Positions 60,083-64,000 of a DNA stretch of 64,000 nt are shown one piece after another. Source of the stretch: an uncultured Chloroflexia bacterium (lineage in GTDB: Bacteria > Chloroflexota > Anaerolineae > Anaerolineales > Villigracilaceae); assembly GCA_963829615.1 (NCBI GenBank), contig CAWHJM010000006.1, forward strand, positions 125,151-189,150, given 5' to 3'. Under the pieces are notes generated by a model. That model worked only from the letters and a program-made list of their open reading frames with translations, was not told the DNA's origin and did no database searches. How positions within the stretch are numbered: the stretch's first letter is position 1; each line of letters opens with the position of its first letter. A program made the position numbers and the translations under genes.

Positions 60083-60117
60083 TGGGCGCGGAGGGATTTG
60101 AACCCCCAACCTCGCGG
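60083..60117 (-). pseudogene. tRNA 3' fragment (variable region, T-arm and acceptor 3' strand only)
   Basis: The minus strand reads CCGCGAGGTTGGGGGTTCAAATCCCTCCGCGCCCA, giving a T-loop TTCAAAT, a 5-bp T-stem and the acceptor 3' strand CGCGCCC plus A. No complementary GGGCGCG, D-arm or anticodon arm is present upstream. Confidence 0.6.
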
Positions 60118-60417
60118 ATTTGATGTCACACGGTCGAGAACATCCAAGAGCTAGTCTCAGGGAAATTTAATGTGGAGTCCTTCTTGGTAAAGTGTGCTGA
60201 ATATCTTTGTGTTCCAAATTGTCAGGGGGGATGTGGGGTAAAAAATTTAATGTGGTTTAAAGAGAAGATCAAGAAAAATGCAGACGATGAAGTTCAGAGA
60301 GGCGACTTCGGTGAGTTTGCAGAAGACGACTCTGCTTCTGAACCGGAAGAGTATGAAATATTCGAGACGGAGAGCGACCCGGAAAGTGACGAGTTTTATG
60401 TAAATTGCGCAAGCTGC

Positions 60418-60575
60418 AGTTACATAACGGATATCGTCAGTGGCCAGCCGACATGGCTGCTTCCCTTGTTCAATTTTTAGGTCAGCGCGATCAAGCTGAA
60501 TCCAAGCCAGTTCGCCTGGATGACTCGGCTGGTCGAGCCTGCCATCGCGGTCGGACTGCTGCTTGAATCAAGGAT
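60418..60575 (+). pseudogene. Partial diverged duplicate of an internal segment of 60880..61608
   Basis: 'SYITDIVSGQPTWLLPLFNF*VSAIKLNPSQFAWMTRLVEPAIAVGLLL' parallels 'SYITDIVKGQPQWMLPWFNLWVSVIQLNPSLFAWMTRLIETVIALGLLL' (61021..61177). It contains an in-frame stop, and both flanks are unrelated. Confidence 0.65.
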
Positions 60576-60879
60576 CGGAGAGCAATTTGATTCCATTTTT
60601 ACGGGCGCTTCCGAGTAAGGTACGTGAGCCCAGCTTACCGGCGGGCCAGTTGAAAATAAATTGGTGCAGGGGTTCGAGGGCCCGGAAGTCGGATCATCAA
60701 TAGTGCTCATCCAATGATGTTTTCGGGATGGAGCACCGTTTTCGTAAAGACCACAAGACAAACTTAAAGATAACTTAAGCCTAACTTTAGACCAATTTTA
60801 AGTAAGCGCTAAGGAAACATGCTATTCTTGAGATGGAGAATTACTCTGCCTGAATAGAAACATACAGGAGATATAAAAA

Positions 60880-61608
60880 ATGAATACAAAACCTGTAAAG
60901 TCCAATGATTACTCACTTTGGGCGGACACCGCCGCAGGAGCGATACGTGCTGCTTTTGGATTGGTCTGGGCGATTGATGCCTATTTTAAATGGCAGCCTG
61001 CTTTTTTCGATAATTACCTGAGTTATATAACCGACATCGTCAAGGGCCAGCCACAATGGATGCTTCCCTGGTTCAATTTATGGGTCAGCGTGATCCAGCT
61101 CAATCCAAGCCTGTTCGCCTGGATGACCCGGCTGATCGAGACTGTCATCGCGCTTGGACTGCTGTTGGGCCTGGGTCGCAAGTGGACTTACATCCTGGGC
61201 GGGGTGTTTGCGTTCTTAATTTGGTCGATACCGGAAGGCTTCGGCGGCCCGTATACGCCCGGCGCAACCGATGTTGGAGGGGGATTGATTTACGTTTTAG
61301 TGTTTGGGACCCTGATTGTCATGGACTATACCCTGGGGCGATCACCCTATAGCGTGGATTTTTACCTGGAAAAGCGTTTTCCGGCCTGGCGGCGCTTTGT
61401 TGAATGGGCACCTACACATGTGCTGGAGCAAGAGCCTCGACGTCTGTCCTGGAACATTCAGGTAGTAATCATCATTGGAATTTTGGTGATGCTGGCGGTT
61501 TTCCTCGCCATTATTGGGAGTGAGTTGAATGCAGCAGCAACACAAGCACCTCAGACCAGCATTCCTACCATAATTCAGGCGGTTTCTCTGTATCACATCC
61601 CGTTGTAG
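60880..61608 (+). CDS. Integral membrane protein (possibly DoxX/TQO-small-subunit-like)
   Basis: It is 242 aa with about 5 TM helices. An RBS AGGAGA lies upstream. The family assignment is tentative. Confidence 0.55.
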   Translation: MNTKPVKSNDYSLWADTAAGAIRAAFGLVWAIDAYFKWQPAFFDNYLSYITDIVKGQPQWMLPWFNLWVSVIQLNPSLFAWMTRLIETVIALGLLLGLGRKWTYILGGVFAFLIWSIPEGFGGPYTPGATDVGGGLIYVLVFGTLIVMDYTLGRSPYSVDFYLEKRFPAWRRFVEWAPTHVLEQEPRRLSWNIQVVIIIGILVMLAVFLAIIGSELNAAATQAPQTSIPTIIQAVSLYHIPL

Positions 61609-61808
61609 GATGACATCAATCCAAACCTGATCAATCGTGCTGGAAGGATTGCGGGGTGAGAGCATGCCCTGCGAATGGTGCCCGCTGGTTGTCTAAGCAC
61701 GCTCCGTGCCTCCCCCAAGTAGCCTAGATAAGCACTCCCCATCTGATGGATGTAACTGAGGAGAGCTTGTTATAAGATAATAAGAAACACAAAATAAGTG
61801 AAGGAACA

Positions 61809-63458
61809 ATGAAAGTTAGCCCTCTTGCAGGAAAGCCTGCCGCTCCAGAGATGCTGGTTAACGTACCCAAACTCGTCACAGCCTATTATACGGAAATCCC
61901 TGATCCTTCTGTGCCCGGGCAACGGGTTTCGTTCGGTACGTCCGGGCATCGCGGTTCGGCCTTCGAAAATGCTTTTAACGAGTGGCACATCCTGGCCATC
62001 AGTCAGGCTATTTGCCTTTACCGAAAGCAGCAGAAGATTGATGGCCCGCTGTTTCTCGGTTTGGATACTCATGCGCTCTCGGTGCCGGCTCTTGCCAGCG
62101 CGCTGGAAGTGCTGGCCGCTAATGACGTGGAAGTTATGCTCGCGGAAGGGGACGAATATACCCCGACACCTGCCATATCTCTTGCGATCCTCACATACAA
62201 CCGCGGACGCAAGACCGGTCTCGCTGACGGAATTGTGATCACGCCTTCGCATAATCCGCCACACGACGGCGGCTTTAAGTACAACCCGCCAAACGGCGGC
62301 CCGGCGGAAGGCAGCATCACCGGTTGGATCGAAACCAAGGCAAACGAGTTTCTGGAGCACGGGCTGAAGGGGGTAAAGAGAATCTCTTTACAAAAGGCTC
62401 TGCATGCCTCCACAACCCACCGCTACGATTATCTCAATACCTACATCGATGAGTTGGCGCATGTGCTTGATATGGATGCAATTCGCGGGTCGAAGATCAG
62501 CCTGGGAGTTGATCCGCTCGGCGGCGCCGGTGTCCACTACTGGGGACCGATCGCCGAGCGCTATGGGTTGAACCTGACGGTCGTTAACCAGGCCGTTGAT
62601 CCCACCTTCCGTTTCATGACGGTGGACTGGGACGGTCAGATCCGTATGGACCCCTCCTCGCCTTATGCGATGCAAGGATTGATTGGTTTAAAAGACCGCT
62701 TCGACATTTCTTTCGCATGCGATACCGACCATGACCGGCACGGGATTGTCACCCGCAGCGCAGGATTGCTTCCACCCAATCACTACCTTGCAGTAGCCAT
62801 CTATTATCTGTTCCAGCACCGACCGAAGTGGCTCGAGACAGCCGCGGTTGGCAAAACGCTGGTAAGCAGCCAGATGATTGACCGTGTCACTAAAAAGCTT
62901 GGCCGTAAACTCTTCGAGGTACCCGTCGGTTTCAAGTGGTTTGTGGATGGCTTGCTCGACGGCTCGCTGGGCTTCGGCGGTGAAGAGAGTGCTGGCGCGT
63001 CTTTCGTCCGCCTGGATGGCAGCGTTTGGACCACGGACAAGGACGGATTGATCCTGGCCTTACTTGCCGCGGAAATCACTGCCCGCATGGGACGCGACCC
63101 TGGCGAGATTTATTCCGACCTGACGCGCGAATTTGGTGAGCCGGTTTACGAGCGCATAGACGCCCCCGCCACCTCGCAACAAAAAGCAATCCTGGCAAAA
63201 CTCTCGCCGCAACAAGTCGAAATCAAAGACCTGGCTGGCGAAAAAATCCAGGCGATTCTGACGGACGCGCCGGGCAACGGTGCGCCCATCGGAGGGCTGA
63301 AGGTCGTGGCGGAAAGCGGATGGTTCGCGGCGCGCCCATCAGGGACTGAGGATATCTACAAGATTTATGCGGAGAGTTTCCGCGGCGCCGATCATCTGAA
63401 GCGTATCCAGGAGGAAGCGCAGACGATCGTCAACGCGGCGATGAAATCCACGCCTTAG
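61809..63458 (+). CDS. pgm: Phosphoglucomutase, alpha-D-glucose-phosphate specific
   Basis: It is 549 aa. 'GTSGHRGS' is the phosphoserine loop and '[12 protein letters not shown]' the metal site. 'GGEESAG' and colinearity with E. coli Pgm length support the call. Confidence 0.9.
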   Translation: MKVSPLAGKPAAPEMLVNVPKLVTAYYTEIPDPSVPGQRVSFGTSGHRGSAFENAFNEWHILAISQAICLYRKQQKIDGPLFLGLDTHALSVPALASALEVLAANDVEVMLAEGDEYTPTPAISLAILTYNRGRKTGLADGIVITPSHNPPHDGGFKYNPPNGGPAEGSITGWIETKANEFLEHGLKGVKRISLQKALHASTTHRYDYLNTYIDELAHVLDMDAIRGSKISLGVDPLGGAGVHYWGPIAERYGLNLTVVNQAVDPTFRFMTVDWDGQIRMDPSSPYAMQGLIGLKDRFDISFACDTDHDRHGIVTRSAGLLPPNHYLAVAIYYLFQHRPKWLETAAVGKTLVSSQMIDRVTKKLGRKLFEVPVGFKWFVDGLLDGSLGFGGEESAGASFVRLDGSVWTTDKDGLILALLAAEITARMGRDPGEIYSDLTREFGEPVYERIDAPATSQQKAILAKLSPQQVEIKDLAGEKIQAILTDAPGNGAPIGGLKVVAESGWFAARPSGTEDIYKIYAESFRGADHLKRIQEEAQTIVNAAMKSTP

Positions 63459-63537
63459 TCGCCGACGGTCCATCAAAGGAAAGTAAGTTCGATTTTGAAA
63501 GCATCGCTATGTTCACCCTTTTAAAGGTTGAAGAGTA

Positions 63538-64000
63538 ATGAAAACATCCTCAGTAAAACAAGCGAAAGCATCTATCCTGACCATCAATGGCGGCTCGTCC
63601 AGCATCAAGTTCGCGCTGTTCGAGGCCGGTGACTTGCTCCGGCGGATTCTGGATGGTGCGATTGAGCGGATTGGACAGCCGGAAGCTACGTTTGTGGTGA
63701 AAGGCTTGAGTCAGGCAGACAGTTTTTCGCGTTTGGTAACGGCGCCGAATCATACAGAAGCGGTGAGACTGCTGATGGATTGGATTGAGGTACGGATCCA
63801 AAGCGGGGAATTGACCGCGGTGGGCCATCGCGTGGTGCATGGCGGACCTCAGTATTTCGAGCCACAGCGAATCACACCGGAAATGGTCGAGGAGCTACAT
63901 CAGCTTCAACCTTTCGATCCCGAACATCTGCCGGAAGAGATCCTGCTGACCGAGGCATTTCATCGCCGGTTTCCCGATCTACCCCAAGTGGCGTGTTTCG
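63538..64000 (+). CDS. ackA: Acetate/propionate kinase, 5' part (continues beyond the window)
   Basis: ATG 63538 gives 'MKTSSVKQAKASILTINGGSSSIKFALFE...GHRVVHGG'. The frame is open to the window end. Confidence 0.8.
   Translation, partial: MKTSSVKQAKASILTINGGSSSIKFALFEAGDLLRRILDGAIERIGQPEATFVVKGLSQADSFSRLVTAPNHTEAVRLLMDWIEVRIQSGELTAVGHRVVHGGPQYFEPQRITPEMVEELHQLQPFDPEHLPEEILLTEAFHRRFPDLPQVACF

Noticed and set aside
60083-60160. A complete tRNA gene on the minus strand
   Set aside because: Only the 3' ~35 nt fold as the T-arm and acceptor 3' strand. The upstream sequence lacks the complementary acceptor 5' strand, the D-arm and an anticodon stem.
60172-60480. 102-aa ORF with a very acidic middle region as a genuine small protein
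   Set aside because: Its C-terminal third is the out-of-context duplicate of a TM segment of 60880..61608. It terminates in the middle of that homology and has a GTG start without an RBS. It is most likely a chimeric by-product of the rearrangement.

Overview
This is a densely coding 64-kb chromosomal window of moderate GC. The gene content looks like a monoderm Chloroflexota (Anaerolineae-like) genome: LCP, FemAB, VanW, lipobox lipoproteins, a multi-GAF SpoIIE phosphatase and a GxxExxY element. That taxonomy is inference only. Layout: (1) 1-17.6 kb, + strand, holds an extracytoplasmic envelope cluster. It contains three GH99-like domains, a ~2050-aa metallophosphoesterase-FN3-DNRLRE repeat protein, two PF04185-type phosphoesterases (one fused to a GH99-like domain), a PLD, a cytidylyltransferase and a GT39. 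The cluster is bracketed by two paralogous anchor-protein genes, and an IS remnant sits at the left edge. (2) 17.8-21.6 kb holds two tandem ECF sigma/anti-sigma modules with almost identical sigma genes and a shared GTAAC-N16-CGAC promoter-like motif. (3) 21.7-30.7 kb holds a large DUF87/HerA-like ATPase, an ICMT-like methyltransferase, VanW, Trm112, a HEAT protein, LCP and two paralogous membrane proteins. (4) 30.8-34.9 kb holds a STAS / RsbW-like kinase / multi-GAF PP2C partner-switching module. (5) 35-45.9 kb holds RidA, an OmpR-type two-component system, a polysaccharide locus (GT2, sugar phosphotransferase, epimerase, CapD-like dehydratase) and two FemAB genes. (6) 45.9-46.4 kb holds an inverted-repeat-flanked, decayed GxxExxY cassette. 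(7) 46.4-51.1 kb holds a D-Cys desulfhydrase/ACC deaminase family gene, a Tat polysaccharide deacetylase, a leuS 3' relic and an ABC-F ATPase. (8) 51.5-59.8 kb, - strand, holds an operon of GntR, a Liv-type ABC transporter, a proline-racemase-family enzyme and an amidohydrolase, with a perfect 28-bp palindrome upstream. (9) 59.9-64 kb holds a tRNA 3' fragment plus gene-fragment scar, a membrane protein, pgm and the 5' part of ackA. A dominant technical or biological feature is that at least 20 otherwise full-length genes are interrupted by single-base frameshifts (mostly +1), plus one in-frame TAA. I cannot tell from one sequence whether these are sequencing indels or real decay. No CRISPR array, rRNA or intact tRNA was seen.
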